Shown here piece after piece: positions 37,349-48,074 of a stretch of DNA of 64,000 bases; within the stretch, counting starts at the first letter, position 1; each line of letters opens with the position of its first letter. Source of the stretch: Gemmatimonadales bacterium (GTDB lineage: Bacteria > Gemmatimonadota > Gemmatimonadetes > Palauibacterales > Palauibacteraceae); NCBI GenBank assembly GCA_037385645.1, contig JARRMU010000001.1, positions 2,110 to 66,109 of the forward strand. Direction: 5' to 3'. Made by a program: the position numbers and the translations under genes. The notes beneath the pieces are model-generated. The model worked only from the letters and a program-made list of their open reading frames with translations. It searched no databases and was not told the DNA's origin.

Positions 37349-38775
37349 GCCCCAGGCGCTCCTCGCGCCCGCGGCGACCTGTCCAGGCCGATCTTCGCTT
37401 CGATCGCTTCGCGGATTCGGTCTCGCACGCCCTCGAGGTGGATACGTCCCAGCACCTCATCGAAGAATCCGAACACCAGCAGCCTCTCGGCCTGCTGGCG
37501 GCTCAGTCCCCGGCTCATGAGGTAGAAGAGTTGCCTCTCGTCCACCTGGCCCACCGTCGCGCCGTGAGAGCAGCGGACGTCGTCCGCCTCGATCTCGAGG
37601 TTCGGGAGCGCCCGGGCGCTGGCCTTGTCGCTCAGGATGAGGTTGCGGTTGGTCTGATAGGCGTCCGTCAGCTGACCCTCCGGCTCCACCCGAATGAGAC
37701 CTCTGAAGACGCTCTGCGCCGAATCCGTCAGAGCGCCCTTGTAAAGGAGATCGCTGTGAGCGCTCGGCGCGGCGTGGTGCTGTAGGGTGTGGTGATCGAA
37801 GTGCTGCGTGCGATCGCCGAACCACAGGGCCAGCATCTCGCTCTCGCTGCCGGATCCCTCCAGGTGGCTGGTCACGTCGGCTCGCGAAAGCTCGCCCCCG
37901 AGGCTGACGTTGATCCCGGCGAACCGGCTGTCCCGCTCGCAGGTCACATGTTGAAGTCCGAAGTGCTTCACGCCGGTTCCGAAGCGCTGCAGTGCGATGT
38001 AGTGAAGCGTCGCTTCGGGACCACCGAAAAGCTCCGCGCCGGCCAGGTTGATCGAGGTCTCCGGCAGATCGGGCGACATGAACTCGTCGATGCAGGTGGC
38101 CTCTCCGCCTTCTTCCACCGCCACCACGGAATGCGTGGAGACGAGGGTTCCGGGTTTGGTGATGCAGCGGAACGTGTGGATCGGCGCCGGAAGCCGCACG
38201 CCAGGAGGCACGTGAAGCACGAAGCCCTCTGAGAGGAGTGCCACGTGAGCCGCCCAGAGCTTCTCCTCCATCTCCGGTATCGGGCTCGTGAATACGTACT
38301 TCTCCACCAGATCTGGTCGCTCGCGCGCCACCGTCCCGATCGACGCGAAGATGACCCCGCGCTCGGCCAGGTCGTCGTCGAGACGGTGGTAGACGGTGAC
38401 GCCGTCCACCTGGACCCATACGCCGCTTCGCTCGTGTGAGCGCGCCAGAACCTCGCGTACCGGCTCGGGGACGGCTTCGAGATCGTCCAGCCCGGCGAGC
38501 TCCGATCCGTCCGGTCCATCACCGTTGAGACCGGGAATCGCGGGCTCGAAGTCCTCGAGTCGGAGGCTCGAGATGTCGGTGTACCGCCACTCCTCCGATT
38601 TTCGCGTCGGCATGGGCAGTTCCCGGAAGCGCTCCCACGCCAGCCGCCGGGCCTGCCTGAGCGTCTGTGGCTCGTTCAGCCCAGTGATGGCGGCAAGAGC
38701 GCGTTCCGGGTCAGCCAGCTTCACGGCTCCACCCGCGGTCGCGTCTATGTTCACGGTTGTCACTCCGTTCCCCAC
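37345..38775 (-). CDS. sufD: Fe-S cluster assembly protein SufD
   Basis: It is a SufB-paralogue β-helix protein without the SufB N-terminal Cys motif, and it follows sufB. Confidence 0.8.
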   Translation of the reverse strand: MGNGVTTVNIDATAGGAVKLADPERALAAITGLNEPQTLRQARRLAWERFRELPMPTRKSEEWRYTDISSLRLEDFEPAIPGLNGDGPDGSELAGLDDLEAVPEPVREVLARSHERSGVWVQVDGVTVYHRLDDDLAERGVIFASIGTVARERPDLVEKYVFTSPIPEMEEKLWAAHVALLSEGFVLHVPPGVRLPAPIHTFRCITKPGTLVSTHSVVAVEEGGEATCIDEFMSPDLPETSINLAGAELFGGPEATLHYIALQRFGTGVKHFGLQHVTCERDSRFAGINVSLGGELSRADVTSHLEGSGSESEMLALWFGDRTQHFDHHTLQHHAAPSAHSDLLYKGALTDSAQSVFRGLIRVEPEGQLTDAYQTNRNLILSDKASARALPNLEIEADDVRCSHGATVGQVDERQLFYLMSRGLSRQQAERLLVFGFFDEVLGRIHLEGVRDRIREAIEAKIGLDRSPRARGAPGA

Positions 38776-38826
38776 GTATCTTCTCTCTACTCTCTGTTTT
38801 CGAGCCAGGAGCCGCCAATCCGCGAC

Positions 38827-40236
38827 CTACCCGACGCTGCCTTCCATCTCGAGCTCGACCAGACGATTCAATTCGATTGCGTACTCGAGCGGGAGCTCCC
38901 TGGCGATCGGCTCGATGAAGCCGCGCACGACCATGGTCATTGCCTGCTCCTCGGAGAGGCCGCGGCTCGTCAGATAGAAGAGTTGCTCGTCGCCCACCTT
39001 CGACACCGTCGCCTCGTGGCCGATCGACGCCGTCTCCTCGTCGATCTCGATGTACGGGTACGTGTCCGTCCGAGTCTTCTCGCTCAACAGGAGGGCGTCG
39101 CACTCGACGTTCGACTTCGCGGCCGTCGCACCCTCGTAGACCTTGAGGAGGCCCCGATACGACGCACGCCCGTTCCCCTTGGAGATCGACTTCGAGGTAA
39201 TCTGCGAAGTCGTGTTGGGCGCGACGTGGACCACCTTCCCGCCCGTGTCCTGGTGCTGGCCGTCGCTCGCGTAGGCGATCGACAGGATCTGTCCGTGTGC
39301 TCCCTCGCCGACAAGGAAACAGGACGGGTACTTCATCGTCAGCTTCGAGCCGAGGTTTCCGTCCAGCCACTCCATGTACGCCCCCTCGTGCACCAACGCG
39401 CGCTGGGTGACGAGGTTGTACATGTTGTTCGACCAGTTCTGGATCGTCGTGTACCTGAACCTGGCGTTCGGCTTGACGATGATCTCGATCACGCCGGAGT
39501 GGAAGGAGTCGGTCGTGTAGACCGGCGCCGTGCACCCCTCGATGTAGTGGGCCTCGGATCCTTCGTCGGCGATGATCAGCGTGCGCTCGAACTGACCCAT
39601 CTGCTCGGCGTTCACGCGGAAGTAGGCCTGAAGCGGAATCTCCACCTTCACGCCCTTGGGGATGTAGACGAACGAGCCGCCGGACCAGACCGCCGAGTTT
39701 AGTGCCGCGAACTTGTTGTCGCCCGTCGGCACGACCGTCGAGAAGTACTCCCTGAACAGGTCCGGATACTTCTTGAGGCCGTCCTCGATCGACTCGAAGA
39801 TCACTCCCTGCTGCTCCCACTCCTCCCGGAGCGAGTGGTAGACCATCTCCGACTCGTATTGTGCGCCGACTCCCGCCAGGACCTTCCGCTCCGCCTCGGG
39901 TATCCCGAGCTTTTCGAACGTGTCCTTGATCTCCTGCGGCACGTCATCCCAGGAGTGCTCCATCCGGTCCTGGGGACGGAGGTAGAAGTAGATCTCGTCG
40001 AGGTCGAGCCCGTCGAGATCACCGCCCCAGTCTGGCATCGGCTTCGACTCGAAGACCTGCAGCGCCTTCAGCCGGAACTCCAGCATCCACCCCGGCTCCT
40101 CCTTGTGGGCCGAGATCTGTCGCACGACCTCCTCGTCCAGGCCCTTACGGGACTTGAAGACGGACCTGCCCTCGGTGACGAAGTCGTACTTGTATCGGTC
40201 GAGGTCCAGTTCGGCGATCGTCTCGTTTCGCGGCAT
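38827..40236 (-). CDS. sufB: Fe-S cluster assembly protein SufB
   Basis: The N-terminus ...YKYDFVT, its 469 aa length and the C-terminal FIEPIAREL are characteristic of SufB. Confidence 0.9.
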   Translation of the reverse strand: MPRNETIAELDLDRYKYDFVTEGRSVFKSRKGLDEEVVRQISAHKEEPGWMLEFRLKALQVFESKPMPDWGGDLDGLDLDEIYFYLRPQDRMEHSWDDVPQEIKDTFEKLGIPEAERKVLAGVGAQYESEMVYHSLREEWEQQGVIFESIEDGLKKYPDLFREYFSTVVPTGDNKFAALNSAVWSGGSFVYIPKGVKVEIPLQAYFRVNAEQMGQFERTLIIADEGSEAHYIEGCTAPVYTTDSFHSGVIEIIVKPNARFRYTTIQNWSNNMYNLVTQRALVHEGAYMEWLDGNLGSKLTMKYPSCFLVGEGAHGQILSIAYASDGQHQDTGGKVVHVAPNTTSQITSKSISKGNGRASYRGLLKVYEGATAAKSNVECDALLLSEKTRTDTYPYIEIDEETASIGHEATVSKVGDEQLFYLTSRGLSEEQAMTMVVRGFIEPIARELPLEYAIELNRLVELEMEGSVG

Positions 40237-40275
40237 CTGTCTTCTTTTCCTCTTCGCTACGTGCGCTCCAGCGGC

Positions 40276-41064
40276 CTACGCCCCTGCGGCGGGAACCGCT
40301 TCGGCCTCCTCCTTCAGCCAGTCGTACCCGTGCTCCTCGAGGTGGTCGGCCAGCTCAGATCCGCCGCTCTCCACCAGGCGGCCCCTGATCATTACATGCA
40401 CATGGTCCGGCATTATGTACTGGAGGATCCGCTTGTAGTGCGTGATGAGGAGCACGCCGAGCTTCTCGTCTGCTTCGGCCAGCGTGTTGACGCCGTTCGA
40501 CACGATCCGGAGCGCGTCGATGTCGAGGCCGCTGTCCGTCTCGTCGAGCACGGCCAGTTGCGGCTCGAGCACGGCCATCTGGAGGATCTCATTGCGCTTC
40601 TTCTCTCCCCCGCTGAACCCGTCGTTCACATAGCGGGCGGAAAAATCGGGGTCGACCTCCAGCAGCGCCATCTTCTCCTGCAGAAGCTGGTGGAAGGCGA
40701 AGACGTCGATCTCGTCGTCATCCTCCCGACGGGAGTTCAGCGCCGCGCGGAGGAAGTTGGCGATCGTCACTCCCGGGATCTCGGCCGGATACTGGAAGGC
40801 CATAAAGACCCCGGCTCGGCTGCGCTCGTCCGGCTCGAGCTCCAGTATGCTCTCGCCGTTGAGTAGGATCTCGCCTCGGGTCACCTCGTAGGCCGGATGG
40901 CCCGCGATGACCTTGGCGAGGGTGCTCTTCCCGGAGCCGTTGGGGCCCATAAGGGCGTGGATCTCGCCGCTCCCGACCGTGAGGTCGACGCCGCGAAGGA
41001 TCTCCGTGTCCTCTCCCTCGAGGGAGGCGTGGAGGTCTTTTATCTCGAGCAAGTGGTCTGGCAT
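40276..41064 (-). CDS. sufC: Fe-S cluster assembly ATPase SufC
   Basis: ABC ATPase motifs are present: Walker [10 protein letters not shown], signature FSGGEKKR and Walker B AVLDE. Confidence 0.9.
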   Translation of the reverse strand: MPDHLLEIKDLHASLEGEDTEILRGVDLTVGSGEIHALMGPNGSGKSTLAKVIAGHPAYEVTRGEILLNGESILELEPDERSRAGVFMAFQYPAEIPGVTIANFLRAALNSRREDDDEIDVFAFHQLLQEKMALLEVDPDFSARYVNDGFSGGEKKRNEILQMAVLEPQLAVLDETDSGLDIDALRIVSNGVNTLAEADEKLGVLLITHYKRILQYIMPDHVHVMIRGRLVESGGSELADHLEEHGYDWLKEEAEAVPAAGA

Positions 41065-41281
41065 CTCCAGCTATCCTGTCTGGGGGTGGCAAGCCGTCGT
41101 GAACTGCCGCGCCCGCCCCTACTTTGCAGTCGAATCGACGTCGGGCGACCGGCCATGGTAGGACGAGTGGCAGAGCCAACGGCCCCCCATAGCGTCCAAG
41201 CGGCCGACAAGCGGCCGAAATCGAGAACTATTATTGGTTACACGCGAAGGTACGCTCGTTGAGAATGGATTTCAAGTAACA

Positions 41282-41298
41282 TTGAGACTCGGTCTCAA
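41282..41298. promoter_or_regulatory. Perfect 7-3-7 inverted repeat TTGAGAC-tcg-GTCTCAA in an AT-rich island between sufC and the divergent dehydrogenase gene
   Basis: The palindrome was read directly from the sequence. A degenerate copy (TTGAGAatggatTTCAAGTA) lies immediately upstream. The surrounding 80 bp are much lower in GC than the rest of the window. Confidence 0.4.
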
Positions 41299-41385
41299 GT
41301 ACCATTCCGGCGCCCCGAAAGATCCGCTTCGGCCAGGCGCCGTGGACTCACATGAGAGGCGTATGCACATGAACGGTCGATCGAG

Positions 41386-42411
41386 ATGAAGGCGGCATAC
41401 TTCAACGCTCATGGCGGACCGGAAGTCCTCGTGGTCGGAGAGCTGCCCGATCCAGATCCCGGGGCGGGTGACGTGATCGTCGAGGTCGAGGCGGCGGCGC
41501 TCAACCACCTGGACCTGTGGGTGCGGCGGGGGCTTCCCGGTCTGGACGTGTCATTTCCGCACGTCGGCGGCTCGGACTTCGCCGGCACCATCTCCGAGGT
41601 GGGCCGAGGCGTGGAGGATTGGAAGGTTGGTGATCGGGTCACCGCGAACCCGGGCCTTTGGTGCGGCGAGTGCGAGTGGTGCCGTCGCGGGGAGCAGAGC
41701 CTCTGCGAGCGATATCACATCCTCGGCGAGCATGTGACGGGTGCCCTGGCCGAGCGCGTATGTGTGCCTTCCGGCAACCTCCTTCACCTGCCCGACGGCT
41801 TTCCCGCCCGCAGCGCCGCCGCGGCGCCTCTCGTCTTCCAGACCGCGTGGCGGGCACTCGTCACGAGGGCCCGGCTCAGGGCGGGGGAGACGGTTCTCGT
41901 AACCGGAGCCTCGGGCGGCGTATCCACGGCGGCCATTCAGATCGCCAAGCGGCTGGAAGCCAAGGTCATCGCCGCGACCAGCGGCCCCTACCTGGAGGCG
42001 GTGCGGGCCTTGGGGGCAGACCACGTCATCGACCGTGGAACAGAGGATCTGTCGACTGCCGTCCGGAGGCTGACCGAACGGCGCGGAGTCGACGTGGCGC
42101 TCGACAGCGTCGGTGAGAAGACCTGGAAGAAGACGGTCGGCTCGCTCGCGCGGAACGGCCGCCTGGTTACGTACGGCGCCACGACCGGTGCGGAAGGCTG
42201 CCAGGACGTTCGCCTGGTCTTCTGGAAGCAGCTGCAGATCATCGGGAGCACGATGGCCAGCCACTCCGAGTTCGTCGAGGTGATGGGTCTGGTATTCGAC
42301 GGCTCGCTCGAGCCGGTGGTCGACGTCGTGTGGCCGCTGGAGCGGATCGGCGAGGCGCACGAGCGCCTCGAGGCGGGCGAGGCCTTCGGCAAGATCGTCC
42401 TGACGCCGTGA
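41386..42411 (+). CDS. Zinc-binding medium-chain dehydrogenase/reductase (quinone oxidoreductase/ADH-like)
   Basis: The structural-Zn loop CGECEWCRRGEQSLC and the Rossmann motif VTGASGGV are present. Confidence 0.8.
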   Translation: MKAAYFNAHGGPEVLVVGELPDPDPGAGDVIVEVEAAALNHLDLWVRRGLPGLDVSFPHVGGSDFAGTISEVGRGVEDWKVGDRVTANPGLWCGECEWCRRGEQSLCERYHILGEHVTGALAERVCVPSGNLLHLPDGFPARSAAAAPLVFQTAWRALVTRARLRAGETVLVTGASGGVSTAAIQIAKRLEAKVIAATSGPYLEAVRALGADHVIDRGTEDLSTAVRRLTERRGVDVALDSVGEKTWKKTVGSLARNGRLVTYGATTGAEGCQDVRLVFWKQLQIIGSTMASHSEFVEVMGLVFDGSLEPVVDVVWPLERIGEAHERLEAGEAFGKIVLTP

Positions 42412-44120
42412 ACCGGGCGGAGTGCGTCCGCCGGCTGCGCGCCGAGCCGTTCGACGTCGCCGTCATCGGCGGCGGAATCACCGGCGCCGCCGCCGCGCGC
42501 GACGCGGCCAGCCGAGGGCTTCGCACGGCGCTCGTCGAAGCACGGGACTTCGGTGAGGGGACAAGTAGCCGATCATCCCGTCTTATCCACGGCGGACTCC
42601 GCTACCTGGAGCAGTTCGAGCTCGACCTGGTCTTTGAGGCGAGCCGCGAGCGCCGGACCCTCCTCCGAATCGCTCCTCACATGGTGCGCCCCTTGGAGTT
42701 TCTCTTCCCTCTGTATCGGGAAGGCCGGGTCGGACGGCTGACGATGACGGCCGGGATGTGGCTCTACGACGCGCTTTCTCTATTCCGGAACATCGAGAGG
42801 CACCAGATGCTGAGCGAGGGGGACGTGCTGTGGCGCGAGCCCACGCTCTCTCCCGAAGGCCTGCTCGGCGGCGCGCGCTACTTCGACGCGCAGGTCGATG
42901 ATGCGCGGCTGGTGCTCGCCACGATAAACTCCGCCGTAGAGATGGGTGCGGCGGCGGCAAACCGCCTGGCGGCGAAGGTCCTGGTCGAGGAAGGAAGAGC
43001 GTGTGGGGTGAGCGTCAGGGATCTTGCGCCTCCGTCGCGACCCTCGGATCCGCTCGGTGCGGCCGAGCGCGCCGCCGAGGTCGGCCTCGGCTCATCATGG
43101 GAGATCCGCGCGAGTGTCGTGATCAACGCGACCGGTCCATGGACAGATGAGACCGCCCGGCAGAGCGGGATTTCCCGGGAGCCCCTGCTGAGGCCCACGC
43201 GCGGCACGCACATCCACGTCCGGCGCGACCGCATCGGGCACCAGCGGGCCCTCATCTTCGAGTCAGCGCTGGACGGCCGGATCATGTTCGTGTTGCCGTG
43301 GGGCGATCTCACGCTGATCGGGACGACGGATGAGGACTACGAGGGGCTACCCGAGCACGTTCGCCCTACCGGCGCCGACGTCCGCTATCTGCTGGATTCC
43401 ACTAATCGGCTGTTTCCGGGAGCAAAGCTGACCGTGGAGGACGTGATCAGCGCCTGGGCAGGGCTTCGTCCGCTCGTGGCAGGCGAGCCGGGCGAGGATG
43501 AGGACGAGGTCTCCCGGGAGCATGTAATCCTCGAAGAGCTTCCCGGTCTGCTCACGATCGCGGGCGGAAAGCTCACCTCCCACCGTGCGATGGCGGAGGA
43601 GATCATAGATCGTGCGGTCGAGAGCCTGGTCGAGGAAGGGGCCGCCGAGCCCGCATCCTCGGCCACGGCCGACAGAGCGCTGCCGGGGGGCGATTTCGAG
43701 AGCTTCGAGGAGCTGCTCGGGTCTCTCCAGGGACGAGCGGCGGCGATCGGGCTCGACCCTTCGGCGCTAACTTTGATGGCCGAGACATACGGTGCCGAAG
43801 CCGACGAAGTGCTGAACCTCGCTGCTGCTCGGCCGGAACTGCGCGAACGCGTCGTGAGGGACCGCCCGAACATCGGAGCGGAGATCCTCTACTCGGTTAG
43901 AGAGGAGATGCCGGTCCACGTCGAGGATGTGGCCTTCCGGCGGACACACCTGGCTCTGGAGACGGAGGACTTCGTCGCGGCTGTAGCCCGCGTAGCGACG
44001 ATCATGGGGGAGGAGCTGGGGTGGGACGCGACCCGCGAGGAGATGGAAATCGACAGAGCCGCAGCCGTTCGGCAGAGAAACGAGCTCTTCCGCGCCGAGC
44101 TCGGGGCGGGCGACATATGA
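42408..44120 (+). CDS. glpD: FAD-dependent glycerol-3-phosphate dehydrogenase
   Basis: A GTG start overlaps the upstream stop as GTGA. FAD-binding DVAVIGGGITGAAAARDAASRG and the SSRSSRLIHGGLRY motif are present. The longer ORF 5' extension overlaps the previous gene and is rejected. Confidence 0.8.
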   Translation: MNRAECVRRLRAEPFDVAVIGGGITGAAAARDAASRGLRTALVEARDFGEGTSSRSSRLIHGGLRYLEQFELDLVFEASRERRTLLRIAPHMVRPLEFLFPLYREGRVGRLTMTAGMWLYDALSLFRNIERHQMLSEGDVLWREPTLSPEGLLGGARYFDAQVDDARLVLATINSAVEMGAAAANRLAAKVLVEEGRACGVSVRDLAPPSRPSDPLGAAERAAEVGLGSSWEIRASVVINATGPWTDETARQSGISREPLLRPTRGTHIHVRRDRIGHQRALIFESALDGRIMFVLPWGDLTLIGTTDEDYEGLPEHVRPTGADVRYLLDSTNRLFPGAKLTVEDVISAWAGLRPLVAGEPGEDEDEVSREHVILEELPGLLTIAGGKLTSHRAMAEEIIDRAVESLVEEGAAEPASSATADRALPGGDFESFEELLGSLQGRAAAIGLDPSALTLMAETYGAEADEVLNLAAARPELRERVVRDRPNIGAEILYSVREEMPVHVEDVAFRRTHLALETEDFVAAVARVATIMGEELGWDATREEMEIDRAAAVRQRNELFRAELGAGDI

Positions 44121-44542
44121 GACGTTCGAGCACCTGGCTGCTGACCTTAGCGCTGGGGGTGGGCGGGCTGTCCTCCTGCGGCGAGGGACCCGGCTCGGGC
44201 GACTCCGCGATGAGCCGGCCGGCCGCCGGCGGCGCGGAACCGGGCGCCACGGTCCTCGAAAGTGTTTCTGCTTACCCGTTCAGGATCGTGAACCCTCGGG
44301 TGTACACCGTGATCGTGTACGCGAGCGCCGGTGCCGGCGAGGTGGTGCTGGACACTGTGGCCGCGGGTGATTCCGCTCGGATCGAGGTGCAAGTGGGGTC
44401 GGGCGCCTTGAAGCTGAGAGCGGTCGACTTGGATGGGAACGAGCTCGGCTCGGAGTTCCTCGATCTGCCCGACCTGGCGACCGCCTCGTCGCCCCCGGAC
44501 TCCTCCGCCCCGATTCGTTGGGAGCTTCCGCCCTCGCCCTGA
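44117..44542 (+). CDS. Small hypothetical lipoprotein
   Basis: An ATGA overlap couples it to glpD. The lipobox is LGVGGLSSC. Confidence 0.5.
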   Translation: MRRSSTWLLTLALGVGGLSSCGEGPGSGDSAMSRPAAGGAEPGATVLESVSAYPFRIVNPRVYTVIVYASAGAGEVVLDTVAAGDSARIEVQVGSGALKLRAVDLDGNELGSEFLDLPDLATASSPPDSSAPIRWELPPSP

Positions 44543-44629
44543 TTGTCAGGGAGCACCGCGCCGCCTCCGATCCGACCGATCAGCGACCGCGCCGGCGCGC
44601 CTCGATCCGACGGCTTGCCGGACGGAGGC

Positions 44630-45964
44630 TCAGCCGCCGATCAGATCCGCGACCATGTTCCAGGTGTTGACCACCGTGAAGTAGAGAACGAACAGTAGCA
44701 GCGGCGGCACGACGAAGCGGATGAACGCGTACCACAGGGGCAGCCAGCGTATGTCCTCCGCCCCCTTTCGGACTTCCCCGATCGGGTCCGGCATCACCCA
44801 CCCGACGAAGATCGAGAGCGAGAACGCGCCAACGACCAGGAACAGGTTGGCGGCGAGCTGATCGACCAAACCCAAAAAGTCAATGCTGAGCGCCGATGGA
44901 ATCCCGACGATCGTGATCAAGAGCCCCATGATCAGCGCTGCTTTCTTCCGAGGCCACTTCCAGTTGTCTATCATCGCCGAGACGACGACCTCGAGTAGCG
45001 AGATGGCTGACGTGAGGGCTCCGACCAGCAGAGCGAGAAAGAAGAGGATCCCAACCGGCCGGCCGACCGCACCCATCTCGGCGAAAGCGTTCGGAAGGCT
45101 GATGAACAAGGCGCCGATCGTGCTCGCGCTATTCTCGTCCGACAAGCCCAGAGCGAAGATGAGCGGAAAGTCCATCTGCACTGCCAGTATTGCGTTAATG
45201 AAATCCGAGCCCTCGATGATCACCGATTCACGGGGCATGTTGTCGTCTCGCGAGAGATAGCTCGCATAGGTCAGCATCGCGCCCATCCCCAGGCTCAGAC
45301 TGAAGAAGGCCTGACTGGTGGCCTCGGTGAGCACGCTTAGAGAGAGGACCTCGCGGAAGTCCGCCTTCAGATAGAACGCGTAGCCCGCTTCGGCTCCAGG
45401 CAGCGTCGAGGCGAAGATGGCGAGGCCCACGACGATCAACGCCAGAAGCGGCATCAGAATGATGGCGCTGCGCTCGATGCCCCCTCGGATCCCGCCGGCG
45501 ACGATGAGGACCGTGACCGTCATGAATAGCAGGTGCCAGACGGCGGCATCCCAGCCGGTCGAGACCTCGCCGAAAAAGCCGGCCGGGTCGCTGCCGAAGC
45601 CTGTAGACAGGGCATTCCAGCCGTAGCGGAGGGTCCAGCCCGCGATCACGGCATAATACGACAGGATCAGAAAGCCCCCGAGCACGAAGAGGACGCCAAG
45701 GGGTTTCCAGGCATTGCCTCCGAAGTGGGCGAGCGCCAGGATCGGGCTCTTCTTCGAGCCGCGCCCGATCGCGAACTCCGCCAGCATGATCGGCAGCCCG
45801 ATCAGCGCCACCATGATGATGTACAGGAACACGAAGGCCGCCCCGCCGTTCTCGGCGGCGAAGTACGGAAAGCGCCACATGTTGCCCAGGCCGACCGCCG
45901 ATCCGACAGCGGCGAGCACGAAGCCGAAACGGCTGCCCCACTGCTCCCGAGGCGCCTCGTTCAT
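44630..45964 (-). CDS. Neurotransmitter:sodium symporter (NSS/SNF) family transporter
   Basis: The NSS signature GLGNMWRFPY is in TM1, and the protein has about 11-12 TM segments. Confidence 0.85.
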   Translation of the reverse strand: MNEAPREQWGSRFGFVLAAVGSAVGLGNMWRFPYFAAENGGAAFVFLYIIMVALIGLPIMLAEFAIGRGSKKSPILALAHFGGNAWKPLGVLFVLGGFLILSYYAVIAGWTLRYGWNALSTGFGSDPAGFFGEVSTGWDAAVWHLLFMTVTVLIVAGGIRGGIERSAIILMPLLALIVVGLAIFASTLPGAEAGYAFYLKADFREVLSLSVLTEATSQAFFSLSLGMGAMLTYASYLSRDDNMPRESVIIEGSDFINAILAVQMDFPLIFALGLSDENSASTIGALFISLPNAFAEMGAVGRPVGILFFLALLVGALTSAISLLEVVVSAMIDNWKWPRKKAALIMGLLITIVGIPSALSIDFLGLVDQLAANLFLVVGAFSLSIFVGWVMPDPIGEVRKGAEDIRWLPLWYAFIRFVVPPLLLFVLYFTVVNTWNMVADLIGG

Positions 45965-46205
45965 CTCCCGACCTCCCCCTATGAGGGTGCGATTGGCCGA
46001 TCCGCGGTCACTTACCGCTTTCCGAAGCGTGCCGGAGACGTACAGGGCCTGGCGCTACGGCGTCAAGGCCTGCATAGTGCGTTGCGCTCTGGAGACACAC
46101 GATGTCAACGCGTTGGAGCGCCTGCCGTAAATCATTGGCTTTCAAACACATTACCCTGAGCTTGACGCGAGCACAGATCGTGCAGCAGTCGTAGGCAGGG
46201 ATTCG

Positions 46206-46436
46206 GTGGTGACAGGGAGGCTTCACGCTGTATCGAAGCTGCTGGAGGATGGGTTCATGCGCTTAGAGATTCGCCTTGCGATCATGACGCTCGTTGCCGG
46301 GGTGGCAGCCGCGGTCCTGGTCGGCCGGAGGGCGACGGAAGAGCTGACCGGGGACAACGGGCCGATGCAGGGCACGCAGTCCGCTCAGTCCGCTCAGATG
46401 GCGGTGGAGAGCGAGGCGGACGCCTGGTTCGTCTGA
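46206..46436 (+). CDS. Small hypothetical protein
   Basis: This is an ORF only. It has one hydrophobic segment and no family signal. Confidence 0.2.
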   Translation: MVTGRLHAVSKLLEDGFMRLEIRLAIMTLVAGVAAAVLVGRRATEELTGDNGPMQGTQSAQSAQMAVESEADAWFV

Positions 46437-46461
46437 TCTGCCGCTAGAAACAACTGGCACA

Positions 46462-47808
46462 TCAGCGGACGCTCTCCGTCCTGGTCAGACGGTAGATCAG
46501 GAGAGCTGCCCGCTTTGCCACGATAGGTAGCGAGCTCAGGTCCACGACTTCCTCGATCGTGTGGCCACCCTCCCCCGCGGGCCCCAACCCATCCAGACCA
46601 TCCACGTCGGAGGCGACGAAGGAGATATCCGCCGCGCCTCGACGGGCGGGATCCACCGCTTCGACCGGACCGAGTCCGAGGTCCCGGCTCACCTGATCCA
46701 GCGCACCGAGCAACTCCAGATTCCCATCGTTCGGCGGCATCGCCGGATACCCGTCCTCGAAGGAGATCTCGGCTGACGTCCGCGGTAGGTGCCGCTCCAC
46801 GACGTGCCGCATCGCTTCGCGGGCCCGCGCCTCCTGATCCCCGGAGATGAAGCGCAGCCCGCCGTCCACGACGACCGTCTGCGCGATGACGTTGGTCTTC
46901 CCGAAGGCCGATCCGCCGCTTTCGGCCTCGTCGAACAAGACGTCCGTGCCGCCCAGGATGACGCCGGGGTTGAAGGTGAGGTACTCCTCACCCCGCACCT
47001 CGTCGTAGAAGCCGGCCAGAATACGAGCGGTCTCGAAGATCGCTCCCGCCCCGTACTTGTCGCCGAAGACCTGTGAGGAGTGGCCGCGCTCTCCCGTGAC
47101 GCGAAGCGTCCAGCCGCTCGAGCCGCGCCGGGCTATCGTTGCCGTCCGGGTGCCGTCGACGCCGCCCTCGAAGCCGAGGGCTATGTCGCTCCGCCTCCCG
47201 GCCTCGATGAGGTTGGCCCGCGAGATCGAGAGAGGGTGGCCGGGCTTCTCCTCATCCCCGGTGAGCGCGACGACGATACGCGCGTCGTCCAGGGCGCCGG
47301 CCGAGTGGAGGGCCTTGAGGGCCAGCAGCACCACCACATTCCCGCCCTTCATGTCCTCGACGCCGGGTCCGGCGGCGACCATTCCATCACGTTCGAAGCG
47401 CTGAAACGGACTGTTCGGTTCGAAGACCGTGTCCAGGTGGCCGATCAACAGCACCCGGGGGCCGGTGCCTCCGTCCACCTCCGCGAACAGGTGACCCGCC
47501 CGGTTCACCTCGGCGGGCATGTCGATCCATCGCACGTCGAAGCCAAGAGCGGCGAGCTCCTCCTCGAACGCGCGGCCCACCTCCCGCACGCCGGCATGGT
47601 TCATCGTCCCGCTGTTGATGTCGACGACGCGCTGGAGGAACGCGATCGCCTCCTCGCTGTGCTCGTCCACGTAACGGGCGATCGCTTCTTCCGTCGGCGT
47701 CAGGCTTTGCGCAGTCGCAGGTTCGACTGCGGGTCCCACCGCGACCGTGAGGGTGGTGAGGAGGAGGACGGACAAGGGGACGCGGGCAGCATGAGGTGAA
47801 GTGAGCAT
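46462..47808 (-). CDS. Secreted M20-family metallopeptidase (carboxypeptidase G2/dipeptidase-like)
   Basis: A signal peptide is present, and a GGAG RBS lies 9 nt before the chosen ATG (MLTSPHAARV...). M20 motifs HLDTV, GDEEKPG and the ...D...E..H... ligand pattern are present. Confidence 0.75.
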   Translation of the reverse strand: MLTSPHAARVPLSVLLLTTLTVAVGPAVEPATAQSLTPTEEAIARYVDEHSEEAIAFLQRVVDINSGTMNHAGVREVGRAFEEELAALGFDVRWIDMPAEVNRAGHLFAEVDGGTGPRVLLIGHLDTVFEPNSPFQRFERDGMVAAGPGVEDMKGGNVVVLLALKALHSAGALDDARIVVALTGDEEKPGHPLSISRANLIEAGRRSDIALGFEGGVDGTRTATIARRGSSGWTLRVTGERGHSSQVFGDKYGAGAIFETARILAGFYDEVRGEEYLTFNPGVILGGTDVLFDEAESGGSAFGKTNVIAQTVVVDGGLRFISGDQEARAREAMRHVVERHLPRTSAEISFEDGYPAMPPNDGNLELLGALDQVSRDLGLGPVEAVDPARRGAADISFVASDVDGLDGLGPAGEGGHTIEEVVDLSSLPIVAKRAALLIYRLTRTESVR

Positions 47809-48074
47809 GGTGAGCCGCTCCTGGTTGATCATCGTCGACGAGCCCAATACTGCCGGCGCCCAAGGCGGGATGCCAGGGGCTCGCGATCCCGAGACGGCAG
47901 CTTGACGTATGACGTCCCCCGAGGGCCGGGTCGGGGGGCTTTCCACGCCTTGCGCCCATCAGCCTCCGACCGTCGTTTTCAGTGTCCCGGCCGGCCAGCA
48001 GGCCACCTCCGCACAGAGCCGGTGGGCGGGTCCCTTCAACCGACACAGAGCCAGTGCAGAGCGATAGAGTCGCC

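Noticed and set aside
42330-42407. Longer start for glpD overlapping the dehydrogenase gene
   Set aside because: It would overlap the upstream gene by 80 nt in another frame. A GTG in a GTGA stop-start overlap gives the expected FAD-binding N-terminus directly.
47918-47940. GC hairpin CCCCCGA-gggccggg-TCGGGGG in the divergent M20/cphB intergenic region
   Set aside because: It lies between divergent promoters, so it is not a terminator. A 7-bp GC stem is common by chance at this GC content. It is recorded only as a possible regulatory or attenuator element.
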